In this document: in pieces, positions 29,488 through 38,731 of the stretch
Layout: each line of letters begins with the position of its first letter
Position numbering within the stretch: position 1 is the stretch's first letter
Assembly (NCBI GenBank): GCA_034520565.1
Contig: JAXHNL010000002.1
Location: 1,248,001-1,312,000, forward strand
From: Halodesulfurarchaeum sp.
GTDB taxonomy: Archaea > Halobacteriota > Halobacteria > Halobacteriales > Halobacteriaceae
Direction of reading: 5' to 3'
Length of the DNA stretch: 64,000 nt
The notes under the pieces: model-generated
Told to the model about the DNA's origin: nothing
The model's input: only the letters and a program-made list of their open reading frames with translations
The model's database searches: none
Position numbers and translations under genes: made by a program

Positions 29488-31083
29488 TCAAATCGGCTTG
29501 AGATCCTCGGAACCCGACTCGAAACACCGGCCGCCGAGGAGTGCGGCTTCGATGGCATCCTCGATCTCGTCTTCGTCCAAATCGTGTCGCGTTTGCAGGG
29601 TTTCGATGAGTTCGGTGCGCGGGACTCCCGCTCCCTCGCCGAGTTCTTGGAGCGTGTCGATCACGAGGTCCTCTCGTTCGGCTTCCGAAAGATCGCCGCC
29701 GACATCGTCTTCCGCTGCGGACTCGATTTCCTCCGGAGCGGCTGTCGCCTCGTCACCTTCGGACGCGGCATCGTTCACTTCTGTGTCTTCGGTCGCGGAC
29801 TCGGTCGCAACGACCTCTTCGGCTTCCGTATCCGGTGCTTCGGTTCCGTTTGTGCCGGCCTCGGGCTCGATGTCCTCGGTTTCCTCGGGGCTGCCGATCT
29901 CCGCCCCGCTCTCGAAGCCGACGTCGTAGTTCTCCTCGACTTCGGCCCGTTCCTCCTCGGAGAGTTCGTAGCGTTCGTCGGCTTCCGTTGGCTCCTCGGA
30001 TTCGGTCGCCGATTCGGCCGCTGTCTCCGGTTCCGGCTCCGTTTCAGGGGTTGGCTCAGATTCTGGTTCCGCATCCGATTCCGATTCAGGCTCCGACGCG
30101 GGCTCGGTTTCCGCATCCGATTCCGTTTCAGGCCCTGATTCTGTATCCGGTTCGGATTCGGGCTCCGGTGTCGATTCTGTTTGCCCCTCGGCTTCCGGTT
30201 CATCCGGTTGGACCTCCTCGACGTGCGCTTCTTCGGACGGTTTCGCTTCGGTCGATTCCGCTTCGACTTCACCGGTATCCGGCTCCGTTTCGGGTCCCGA
30301 TTCCGTCGATTCCCGCTCGTTTACCGCTGGGTCCGGGGATTCGTCGGCACCGGCGACCAGCGAAACGTCGGTGAATCCGGTCAGTACCTCGCCTTCGCCC
30401 CCCTCGGCGGGTGTGCCGCCGACCCCGGACACCTCGTCGATTTCGCCGGCAACGACCCGCACTGCATCGAGGGCCATCTGTTGAACGGCCTCGAGGTAGC
30501 CAGTCGTCGGGCCGTACTCCCGGATTGAGCGTGGGATTCCGGCGGCCAGCCCCGGCTCGACCCCCGCGGCTGTGAGTCGGACTGACAGGGCTTCCTCCCG
30601 TTCGTCCAGTTCGAGCGCCTGGGCGATCACGCCCGTCCGTTCGAGGGTGTGCAGTGCCGTCTGGACGACCCAGCTGTCCCGCGTTTCGGCGTCGACCTCG
30701 TTTACCCGCTCCGGACGAAGCGAGGTGAGCACGCGATCCGAGCCGTCCGGCTCGAACGTGCGTGCTTTCCCCGTGAGCGAGACAAAGACCGGGGGATCTG
30801 CCCGCTCGAAGAAGGCCAGGGCCTCGGGCTGGTACTGGCCCGCATACAGGACGAACGCGCCCGTCGGATCGACGATCCGTGCCCGGAGGACGCCGTCGCT
30901 CACCTCCTCGGTCTCGGTGAGCACCCCGACGACGAAGATCCGGTTGATTCGGGCGCCCGTGGGCGTGACGAGGTACTGGGGGGCCCGTTCGTCGTCGCTC
31001 TCGGCGTAGCTGTAGGTCGACTCGGCGAACTCGTCGGCGAACACCCGATAGGCGACCTCTCGTGTCGGTGCGGCCCCGCTCAT
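29488..31083 (-). CDS. RPA-associated protein with long acidic linker
   Basis: REVAYRVFADE, TPTGARINRIFVVGVLTE, DPTG...YAGQYQP OB-fold; E/P/S/T-rich linker; C-terminal wHTH-like segment. Confidence 0.88.
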   Translation of the reverse strand: MSGAAPTREVAYRVFADEFAESTYSYAESDDERAPQYLVTPTGARINRIFVVGVLTETEEVSDGVLRARIVDPTGAFVLYAGQYQPEALAFFERADPPVFVSLTGKARTFEPDGSDRVLTSLRPERVNEVDAETRDSWVVQTALHTLERTGVIAQALELDEREEALSVRLTAAGVEPGLAAGIPRSIREYGPTTGYLEAVQQMALDAVRVVAGEIDEVSGVGGTPAEGGEGEVLTGFTDVSLVAGADESPDPAVNERESTESGPETEPDTGEVEAESTEAKPSEEAHVEEVQPDEPEAEGQTESTPEPESEPDTESGPETESDAETEPASEPESESDAEPESEPTPETEPEPETAAESATESEEPTEADERYELSEEERAEVEENYDVGFESGAEIGSPEETEDIEPEAGTNGTEAPDTEAEEVVATESATEDTEVNDAASEGDEATAAPEEIESAAEDDVGGDLSEAEREDLVIDTLQELGEGAGVPRTELIETLQTRHDLDEDEIEDAIEAALLGGRCFESGSEDLKPI

Positions 31084-31285
31084 GGGCGGGACACCTCCGG
31101 TGTCGGGTCGCCGGTATCTCTGTGGGTGGCTTGCCCCTCGGTCGATCCGCCACCAGGCCAGGGGGAGTCGAGGTGACGTCGGTGAATGGTCATCGTGCCT
31201 GATTACTCCCGGCTTACGCTAAAAGGGTGTGGACGACTCGTCCCGGAGCGAAAGCGTTTCCCCGACTGCCTCGCCAGTATCGAAC

Positions 31286-31948
31286 ATGCACGTGGCCGTG
31301 AACGCCGCCATGAGCGTCGACGGGAAACTCGCTTCCCGTGAACGCGAGCAACTGGCGATCAGCGGACCCGAGGACTTCGATCGCGTCGATCGGCTCCGCG
31401 CTGAAACCGACGCGATCATGGTCGGCGTCGGAACGGTGCTGGCCGACGACCCATCCCTTACCGTCGACGATACGTCGGCCAATTCGGCTGCTGGGTCAGG
31501 GGCTCAGTCGACGAACCCGGTCCGAATCGTCGCGGATTCCAGGGCCCGAACGCCTCCTGACGCGCAGGTGCTTGACGACGCCGCGGAGACGGTGGTGCTC
31601 GTCAGCGAGGCTGTCCCCACCGAACACGTCACGACCCTTTCGTCAGTCGGAGCGGAGATCCTGGAAGCCGGAACGAACCGGGTGGATCTGCCGGCCGCCT
31701 TCCAACAGCTCGAGTCGATGGGTATCGACGACCTGCTCGTGGAGGGCGGGGGCGAACTCATCTACTCGCTGTTCGAGGCCGATCTCGTCGACGAACTCAC
31801 CGTTTACGTCGGGTCCCTCGTGATCGGGGGGCGGGATGCACCGACCCTCGCCGATGGGACAGGGTTCACCGAATCGTATCCGGAACTGACACTCCGCGCG
31901 GTCGAGGAGCTGGGGGATGGGGTGCTACTCGAGTACGATGTGGACTGA
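31286..31948 (+). CDS. arfC: 2,5-diamino-6-ribosylamino-4(3H)-pyrimidinone 5'-phosphate reductase
   Basis: AMSVDGKL, MVGVGTVLADDPSL, LLVEGGG. Confidence 0.9.
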   Translation: MHVAVNAAMSVDGKLASREREQLAISGPEDFDRVDRLRAETDAIMVGVGTVLADDPSLTVDDTSANSAAGSGAQSTNPVRIVADSRARTPPDAQVLDDAAETVVLVSEAVPTEHVTTLSSVGAEILEAGTNRVDLPAAFQQLESMGIDDLLVEGGGELIYSLFEADLVDELTVYVGSLVIGGRDAPTLADGTGFTESYPELTLRAVEELGDGVLLEYDVD

Positions 31949-31972
31949 GAAGGGCCGTCTCGAACGCGAAAT

Positions 31973-32257
31973 CTAGTGGGAGTGGCCGGTCGCTTCCGCG
32001 TAACTCACGCCGAAGCGGTCCTCGAAGACCTCCATCATGTCGGCTTCGATGGCCTCGATTTCCGCCGAGTCTTCCCCCTCGCTGTGGTGGGCCAGGGCGT
32101 GTGCGCGCTCGGTGAAGGCCATGACGAGCATGTCGCCGGCGATCTGGGCGTCAGTCTCGTCCGGTTCCTCGCGATAGAGGTCGAGAATCGCTTCCGGGAG
32201 TACGAGTTCGTCACCGTCGGTCTCCGTTTCGACTGCGACGCGGATGGTGTCAGCCAT
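31973..32257 (-). CDS. Conserved haloarchaeal hypothetical protein
   Basis: Acidic 94-aa ORF ending FEDRFGVSYAEATGHSH. Confidence 0.75.
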   Translation of the reverse strand: MADTIRVAVETETDGDELVLPEAILDLYREEPDETDAQIAGDMLVMAFTERAHALAHHSEGEDSAEIEAIEADMMEVFEDRFGVSYAEATGHSH

Positions 32258-32343
32258 GACTCATGTAGGGCGAGCCGCCTTGTAAAGGTGATCATCGTCG
32301 GACCCGCGGCAAGCGGGCGGGTCACGGCTTCTCGTTCGGTCCG

Positions 32344-33438
32344 TCAGTCGTCCGCCGGTGCCGGTTCGGACTGCTTCATCGACTCGGGCCCGCCCCCGGC
32401 GAGCCACTCGTCGACGTCGAGGGCGGCCTGGCTGCCCATCCCGGCTGCCGTGACCGCCTGCTGGTAGTGGAAGTCGACGACGTCGCCCGCGCCGAAGATG
32501 CCCTCGACGTCGGTCTTCGTCTGGTTACCGCCGCGACCGCCCTGGGTAATGAGATAGTTGTCCTCGTCGAGTTCGACGCCCGTGTCCTCCAGATAGGCCG
32601 TGTTCGGCGTGTGGCCGATCGCGAGGAAGACGGCACCGACGTCCATGGTTTCCTCCTCGACCTCCTCATCACCGGCCTCGAGGCGCTCCTTTGGATGTCC
32701 GTCGGGATGGGAGATGACGTGGACGTGGTCGATCCCGTCCTCCGGGCTGCCGTGAATCTCCGTGACTTCGGTGTTCCTGACGATTTCGATGTCACCCTCC
32801 TCGACGGCCTCCATCGTCCGATCGATCCAGAAGTCTTCCGCGCGGAACTCCTCGCGTCGGTGGACGATGTAAACCGTGTCGGCGAACTTCGTGAGGAAGT
32901 TCGCTTCCTCCATGGCCGCGTCGCCACCGCCCACGACGATCATGTCCTCATCGCGGAAGAACGCGCCATCACAGGTCGCACACGTGGAGACGCCGTAGCC
33001 CATCAGGTCGGCCTCGCCCGGAACTCCGAGGGTTCGGGCACTCGCGCCGCTCGCGGCGATCACGGCGTCGGCGGTGTACACGTCCCCGTTCGAGAGTGTC
33101 ACCTCGAAGGGATAGACCGAATCGTCGACGGAGACGACGATCCCGTGCTCGATTTCCGCGCCGAACTTCTGGGCCTGTTTTCGCATTCGGTTGATGAGTT
33201 CGGAGCCGTTGATCCCGTCGGGGAATCCGGGATAGTTGTCGACCGCCGTGGTGAGCGTGAGCTGGCCGCCCGGTTCGTCGCCCTCGATGAGCAACGGATC
33301 GTTATTGGCTCGACCCGCGTAGATCGCGGCCGTCAGTGCGGCGATCCCGGAGCCGACGATGACGAGGCGCTGGTGTTCGGCGACCGAATCTCCGGATTCG
33401 TCGCCGACCGAACTGGTGTCCGTCTGCGGAGCTTCCAT
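32344..33438 (-). CDS. trxB: Thioredoxin reductase
   Basis: GGQL, NYPGF, CATCDG, GGGDAAMEE, GAGDV. Confidence 0.95.
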   Translation of the reverse strand: MEAPQTDTSSVGDESGDSVAEHQRLVIVGSGIAALTAAIYAGRANNDPLLIEGDEPGGQLTLTTAVDNYPGFPDGINGSELINRMRKQAQKFGAEIEHGIVVSVDDSVYPFEVTLSNGDVYTADAVIAASGASARTLGVPGEADLMGYGVSTCATCDGAFFRDEDMIVVGGGDAAMEEANFLTKFADTVYIVHRREEFRAEDFWIDRTMEAVEEGDIEIVRNTEVTEIHGSPEDGIDHVHVISHPDGHPKERLEAGDEEVEEETMDVGAVFLAIGHTPNTAYLEDTGVELDEDNYLITQGGRGGNQTKTDVEGIFGAGDVVDFHYQQAVTAAGMGSQAALDVDEWLAGGGPESMKQSEPAPADD

Positions 33439-33575
33439 ACGGGTAGAAAGTGCTCGAAGTGCCTATTTACCTTGCGCCCTCGGTTTTCGGTGCAGGCTTT
33501 CGTGTGGTACTGGCGACCGACCCTCACGAGCTCGGCTCCGGCAGGTTTAGGCCATCACCTCCCGAAATCCGGGAT

Positions 33576-33866
33576 ATGCCTGCTGCACTCCAGGAGAAGA
33601 CAGACCGGTACGAATCCCTGCTTGCAGACGCGCTCGAAGCGGCGGAGCCGACCCCTGCTCTGGACACTCCGCTTGGAACCGTCGCGATGGAGTTCGAGGA
33701 GATGGCCACGTCCTACCTCGAGGATGGGCGGCACTTCCGCGAGATGGACGATCCGGTCAACGCGCTCGCAGCGTTTTCCTACGGGCACGCCTGGCTCGAT
33801 GCCGGGGCCAGACTGGGCGTCTTTTCGGTCCCCGAGGGCAGCGAACTCTTCACGGTCGATTTCTGA
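33576..33866 (+). CDS. DUF357 protein
   Basis: SYLEDGRHF...[17 protein letters not shown]. Confidence 0.88.
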   Translation: MPAALQEKTDRYESLLADALEAAEPTPALDTPLGTVAMEFEEMATSYLEDGRHFREMDDPVNALAAFSYGHAWLDAGARLGVFSVPEGSELFTVDF

Positions 33867-33985
33867 GTGCGTTCGAAGCTCTCTCGGACGATTCATGCGG
33901 ACTGTCGCCACTTTCGGGCACTTGCGGTCCGTCCGGACGGAACGTGCGTTTTTTAACCGTCACCGCAGTACGGTCTGCCAAGACA

Positions 33986-34279
33986 ATGCCGTCGTCCAAC
34001 GGACCCCTCGAAGGAACCCGGAAGAAACTCTCCAACAAGCCACGCGAACGGGGAACGTCCCCGCCCCAGCGGTCGGTCGCCGAATTCGATGCGGGACAGA
34101 CCGTCCACCTCAAGATCGACCCGAGCGTCCCGAAGGGTCGGTTCCACCCGCGCTTTAACGGGCATACAGGCGAAGTGGTCGGGAAACAGGGGACTGCGTA
34201 CAAGATCCAGATCAACGACCGGGGCAAGGACAAGACCCTGCTCGCCGGTCCAGCCCACCTCCACGAGCAGCAGGACTGA
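33986..34279 (+). CDS. rpl21e: 50S ribosomal protein L21e
   Basis: [15 protein letters not shown]...[12 protein letters not shown]. Confidence 0.97.
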   Translation: MPSSNGPLEGTRKKLSNKPRERGTSPPQRSVAEFDAGQTVHLKIDPSVPKGRFHPRFNGHTGEVVGKQGTAYKIQINDRGKDKTLLAGPAHLHEQQD

Positions 34280-34280
34280 C

Positions 34281-34637
34281 ATGAGCCTCTTCAAGGAGAC
34301 TCTCGATGAGGAGTTACTCACCGTCCCGGAGGCAAAGGAACTGCTGGCGGGCGTCGAAGCGGAGCGTGCCGAAGACGAAGACCGGGAACTTCGATACGAA
34401 CTCGCCCGGGCTATCGACCACGTCAACCGGTTTGCGGTCCTCGGCGTCGAGGAGTCACTTGAACTGGTCGAGGAACTCGAGGCCCTGGAGACCGTCGACG
34501 AGCCCGTCGCGTACAAGATTGCGAATCTCCTGCCGCGAAGCCGGACCGAACTCCGTGCCGTGTTCGCCCAGGAGCGCTACGCGCTCGACGGCGAGGAACT
34601 CGACGAGATTCTCGACATCGTCTCGAAATACGCCTAG
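34281..34637 (+). CDS. rpoF: RNA polymerase subunit F (Rpo4)
   Basis: Follows rpl21e; AYKIANLLPRSRTELRAV. Confidence 0.93.
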   Translation: MSLFKETLDEELLTVPEAKELLAGVEAERAEDEDRELRYELARAIDHVNRFAVLGVEESLELVEELEALETVDEPVAYKIANLLPRSRTELRAVFAQERYALDGEELDEILDIVSKYA

Positions 34638-34716
34638 TCTGGATTCGGAGGCCGACGGTACCGATTTCTTGCGATTGGGACCACTGTTTAAGTGACAGCT
34701 TCCCCTACTCGTGGGT

Positions 34717-35289
34717 ATGCCCGAGGATACCGGCGAGCCGGAGTCCGCATACGGGGTCGTCCTGGACGTGCTTGCCCACGGTCGCAGCGACGCCGACGAG
34801 CCACAGTACCGGCGGTCGCCGGTGATTTACGCGGTCGGCACCGAACACTTCTCCCTGTACGAACTCACGTTGACCGAAGACGCCGACATCTCGATCGGCG
34901 ACGAGATCCGGATCCGACCCGACTTCGAGGAGGGTATCAATCGAGGGCGACAGATCGACTACGATGGCCTCTCGGACGGCGCGAAGTCCGAACTCGAGTA
35001 CGTCATCGAGGAGATCGTCGAGGCGGCGGACTCGAAATTCGTCGACTTTTTCAACGAGGCACAGCCGGTCAGCTTGCGCCTCCACCAACTCAATCTACTC
35101 CCTGGAATCGGCGATAAGCTTCGGGACACCATCCTCGATCAGCGAAAGCGCCAACCGTTCGGTTCCTTCGAGGACCTGGAAAACCGGGTTTCCGGCCTCC
35201 ACGACCCGAAATCGATCGTCATCGACCGGATCAAGGCCGAGATCCGAGGGGACGAAGATCTCAAGTACGACATTTTCACGGCCTCGTAA
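34717..35289 (+). CDS. DUF655 RNA-binding protein
   Basis: RLHQLNLLPGIG HhH motif; conserved position after rpoF. Confidence 0.9.
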   Translation: MPEDTGEPESAYGVVLDVLAHGRSDADEPQYRRSPVIYAVGTEHFSLYELTLTEDADISIGDEIRIRPDFEEGINRGRQIDYDGLSDGAKSELEYVIEEIVEAADSKFVDFFNEAQPVSLRLHQLNLLPGIGDKLRDTILDQRKRQPFGSFEDLENRVSGLHDPKSIVIDRIKAEIRGDEDLKYDIFTAS

Positions 35290-35321
35290 GGGGTAAACTT
35301 CCCCGCCGTGAAACCTGGGTA

Positions 35322-36146
35322 ATGACCCCTCGCGATCCGGATCGACTGGCGGCCACAGCTGGCCGTGGGGACCCCGACCGCGATCAACACTATCTCGTTG
35401 ACGATCGCGTCCTCGACCGGATCCCCGAGTACGCCGGCGACTTCGATCTGGAGCACGTACTCGAAATCGGGCCGGGTGCTGGCGCGTTGACGGATCGGCT
35501 CCTTCAGGTCGCAGCGAGGGTCACGGCCATCGAACGCGATTCGGGCCTCGTGGCACACTTGGAGAACGAATTTGCCGACGAAATCGAGGCCGGGCAGCTC
35601 ACGATTGTCGACGGAGACGCCCTCGAAGTGCCGTTCCCGGACTACACGGTCTGCATCTCGAATCTCCCGTATAGCATTTCGACGGCGGTCACGTTTCGGC
35701 TCCTCCGGGCGGGGAAGCCAGCGGTGTTGATGTTCCAGCAGGAGGTCGCCGATCGACTGGCTGCCGACCCGGGAACGAGCGAGTATGGGCGCCTTTCCGT
35801 CGGCGCCCAGCACTACGCAGCAGTGAAAATCCTCGAGCCGGTCCCGCCGGAGGCCTTCGATCCCCAACCCGCGGTGGACAGCGCGATCGTCTCGCTCACG
35901 CCCCGCTCACCGGACTATGCGGTTCCGGACGACGAGGCGTTCCTCGACCTCGTGAAGGCCCTGTTTACCCAGCGGCGGAAGACGGTCCGGAATGCGATCC
36001 GCAACACGGTCCACATCTCGGGCATCGAAAATCCGGAAGCCGTCATCGACGGGCTTCCCGAAGCCATTCCGAAGAAACGCCCCGACGCACTCACACCGGC
36101 CGAGTACGCCGAAATCGCCGCGACCGCGGCTCGTATCGATGGCTGA
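35322..36146 (+). CDS. rsmA: 16S rRNA dimethyladenosine transferase
   Basis: QHYLVD, LEIGPGAG, SNLPYSIS, FTQRRKT. Confidence 0.95.
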   Translation: MTPRDPDRLAATAGRGDPDRDQHYLVDDRVLDRIPEYAGDFDLEHVLEIGPGAGALTDRLLQVAARVTAIERDSGLVAHLENEFADEIEAGQLTIVDGDALEVPFPDYTVCISNLPYSISTAVTFRLLRAGKPAVLMFQQEVADRLAADPGTSEYGRLSVGAQHYAAVKILEPVPPEAFDPQPAVDSAIVSLTPRSPDYAVPDDEAFLDLVKALFTQRRKTVRNAIRNTVHISGIENPEAVIDGLPEAIPKKRPDALTPAEYAEIAATAARIDG

Positions 36147-36714
36147 CCTGGCCGAACGGCGCGGGGTCAATACTGAGGTTTACCAGCCGGCCGAGGACTC
36201 ACAACTCCTTCTCGAGGCCGCCCGATCCGGAATCGATGGGGGCGATCTGGTTCTCGAGGTCGGGACGGGATCCGGGTACGTGGCGAGCGAATTGGCCGCC
36301 GGGACTGGGGCGACAGTCATCGGCTCGGACCTCAACCCCCACGCGTGTCGGCGCGCCAGGGAGCGGGGCGTGCAGACGGTGCGTGCCGACCTGGTCGAGC
36401 CGTTCGGCGAGGACGTTTTCGATGTCGTCCTGTTCAATCCGCCCTACTTGCCACGGGTCGAGGCGGCCGAGCGGGACGACTGGGTCGAGCAAGCGTTGAC
36501 AGGTGGGGACTCCGGTCGGGCAGTGATCGAGCCGTTCGTGGAGACGGTCGGTCGCGTTCTCGCGTCCGATGGAGTGGTATTCCTGGTCGTCAGTTCGCTC
36601 ACAGGTGTGGACGAGGTCGAAGCCGTTGCCCGTGAGGCGGGGTTCGAAATCGAGACGGTCCGGGAGGAATCGTTTCCGTTCGAGCGGTTGTTTGTGCTCA
36701 GGTTGGCGTCCTGA
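36139..36714 (+). CDS. HemK2/MTQ2 protein methyltransferase
   Basis: VYQPAEDS, LEVGTGSG, FNPPY. Confidence 0.93.
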   Translation: MADLAERRGVNTEVYQPAEDSQLLLEAARSGIDGGDLVLEVGTGSGYVASELAAGTGATVIGSDLNPHACRRARERGVQTVRADLVEPFGEDVFDVVLFNPPYLPRVEAAERDDWVEQALTGGDSGRAVIEPFVETVGRVLASDGVVFLVVSSLTGVDEVEAVAREAGFEIETVREESFPFERLFVLRLAS

Positions 36715-36766
36715 GACCGGTTGCTCGGTATTATCGGGGGCGGAACCATCTCCGATTCGACGGGGG

Positions 36767-37273
36767 CTACGCCCGATACTGTTCGGTCGCCCGCACCACC
36801 GTTTCGAAATCAGCCGGGGAGTAGGCGATGAACGAAACCCGTTCGAGGGAATCGGGGTCGTACTCGGCGATCGTCTCGCCGATAATCGCGGCCCCCTCGT
36901 CGAGCGAAAACCCGGCGACTCCACATCCCAGCGCGGGGATGACCACCGACTCACAGCCCAACTCGTCGGCCGCCTCGAGGGCGTTTCGCGTCGCGTGTTC
37001 GATGCTCTCGGCTGTCGCCTTCCCGTCGCCGTAATGGGGCATCGCGGCCGCGTGTACGACGTACTTCGCGTCGAGTTCGAACGCATCGGTAACGGCCACG
37101 TCCCCGAGTTCGGTCGGCCCCTGTTCGACTGCGGCCTTGTTGATCGGCCCGCTTGCCCCACGACGCAAGGCGCCGGCGACGCCCGATCCCATTCGAAGGC
37201 TCGTCCCCGCCGCGTTGACGAGACAGTCCGCGGACTGTTCGGCGATGTCCCCCTGGATCACCTCGAAGTCCAT
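36767..37273 (-). CDS. Macro domain protein
   Basis: GDI, VNAAG, GSGVAGAL, PALGCGVAG. Confidence 0.93.
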   Translation of the reverse strand: MDFEVIQGDIAEQSADCLVNAAGTSLRMGSGVAGALRRGASGPINKAAVEQGPTELGDVAVTDAFELDAKYVVHAAAMPHYGDGKATAESIEHATRNALEAADELGCESVVIPALGCGVAGFSLDEGAAIIGETIAEYDPDSLERVSFIAYSPADFETVVRATEQYRA

Positions 37274-37321
37274 ACGAACTATCAAAAGCCGCTCGATAAA
37301 GGAAGTTACCCGCGACCCGCG

Positions 37322-37777
37322 CTATTCGTAGAGCCAGGCTTCGTCGATTCGCTCGTAGGACTCGAGTTCGTCCGAGTCGAAGAACAGTTCGATCTCTCGT
37401 TCTGCGGATCCCGGTTCGGTGTCCGAGCCATGAATGACGTTCCGGCCGAGGTCAAGCCCGTAGTCACCGCGGATGGTGCCCGGTGCCGATTCGGCGGGGT
37501 CGGTTGCGCCCATCATCGTCCGAACCTGGGCGATCGCGTCCTGTCCCTCCCAGACCATCGCGAGCACGGGGCCCGAGGTGATGAAGTCCGTGAGGTCTTC
37601 GAAGAAGGGTTTGTCCTCGTGTTCGGCGTAGTGCCGTTCGGCGAGTTCCTGATCGATCTGCATGAGCTTCGCCCCGACGAGCTTCAGGCCGCGGTCCTCG
37701 AATCGAGAGACGATCTCGCCGATGAGCCCTCGCTGGACGCCGTCCGGCTTGACCATCACGAAGGTGCGCTCGGTCAT
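37322..37777 (-). CDS. ndk: Nucleoside diphosphate kinase
   Basis: [27 protein letters not shown]. Confidence 0.97.
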   Translation of the reverse strand: MTERTFVMVKPDGVQRGLIGEIVSRFEDRGLKLVGAKLMQIDQELAERHYAEHEDKPFFEDLTDFITSGPVLAMVWEGQDAIAQVRTMMGATDPAESAPGTIRGDYGLDLGRNVIHGSDTEPGSAEREIELFFDSDELESYERIDEAWLYE

Positions 37778-37953
37778 TCTTCGTTGTCCTGGCCGGCCCA
37801 TTCGACGTCGCGGGATTCGCGTCCCATGCCGGCGTTTTTCTCGCACTTCGAGGAGCAGAAGTACGTCGTCTCGCCGTTCTTCCTGACGTACATCGTGCCG
37901 GTCCCCTGATCGATTTCGTCACCGCAGTAATCACAGGTGCGTGTCCGTGGCAT
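37774..37953 (-). CDS. rpl24e: 50S ribosomal protein L24e
   Basis: CDYCG...GTGTMYV...FCSSKCEKN. Confidence 0.96.
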   Translation of the reverse strand: MPRTRTCDYCGDEIDQGTGTMYVRKNGETTYFCSSKCEKNAGMGRESRDVEWAGQDNEE

Positions 37954-38177
37954 TATTGACCACCGATCGAGTCGGCTTCGCGGGCCGTCTCGCGAAGTTG
38001 CAAGACGTCCCCGACCCTGACGGGGCCGAGGGCGTTTCGCGTGATGATGCGGCCCTGGTTCGACCCTTCCTTGATTCGACACTTCACCTGCATGGCCTCG
38101 CCGTGCATGCCGGTTTTCCCGACGATCTCGATGACCTCGGCGGGTGTCGAGCCTTCAGTCGATTCCTCGGCGCTCAT
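37953..38177 (-). CDS. rps28e: 30S ribosomal protein S28e
   Basis: [14 protein letters not shown]...LRETAREA. Confidence 0.97.
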   Translation of the reverse strand: MSAEESTEGSTPAEVIEIVGKTGMHGEAMQVKCRIKEGSNQGRIITRNALGPVRVGDVLQLRETAREADSIGGQ

Positions 38178-38179
38178 CG

Positions 38180-38542
38180 CTATTGCAGGTCCTCGATTTT
38201 GGTCGCGATGTCTTCGACGTCGGCCTCGGCGTCACCGTCCTCGACGATAGCGGCTGCCGCGCTTCCGACTTCGAGGCCACAGGCGTGACCGATGTCGTCC
38301 TGGGTGTCGACGAAGACACACGAGATCCCCTTCTCGTCGGCGAGTTCGGGGAGGTGCATGACGATCTCCTCGGGGGAGACGTCCTCCGCGACGAAGACCA
38401 GTGATGCGTTGCCGCGTTCGACGGCCTTCGTCGTCTCGTTTGTCCCTTTCTTGATTCGTCCGGTGTCTCGGGCGACCTCGAGGGCCTCGAGCGCTCGGTC
38501 CTGGAGGTCGGCTGGAACGTCGTAGTCTACGTATACTGGCAT
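38180..38542 (-). CDS. rpl7ae: 50S ribosomal protein L7Ae
   Basis: [24 protein letters not shown]. Confidence 0.97.
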   Translation of the reverse strand: MPVYVDYDVPADLQDRALEALEVARDTGRIKKGTNETTKAVERGNASLVFVAEDVSPEEIVMHLPELADEKGISCVFVDTQDDIGHACGLEVGSAAAAIVEDGDAEADVEDIATKIEDLQ

Positions 38543-38731
38543 AGTGGATCACCGTTCCCACAGAGGGGCTTTCGCTCCCCCGCCGTTCGATCCTGAGGCT
38601 GGAAGCATCATCGACCCCTGTGAGGTGTATTGCTGAGTCGGCACCCCGTGCTTAAAAGCGTGTCCAAACGGGGGAGGGGCGGACAGCAATCGGGAAGACG
38701 GATTGCGAGGGAAACGCCCTTGCCCGACCGC

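Noticed and set aside
36767-37273. Macro domain as part of a defence or toxin-antitoxin system
   Set aside because: Stand-alone gene in housekeeping context with no adjacent ADP-ribosyltransferase or sirtuin
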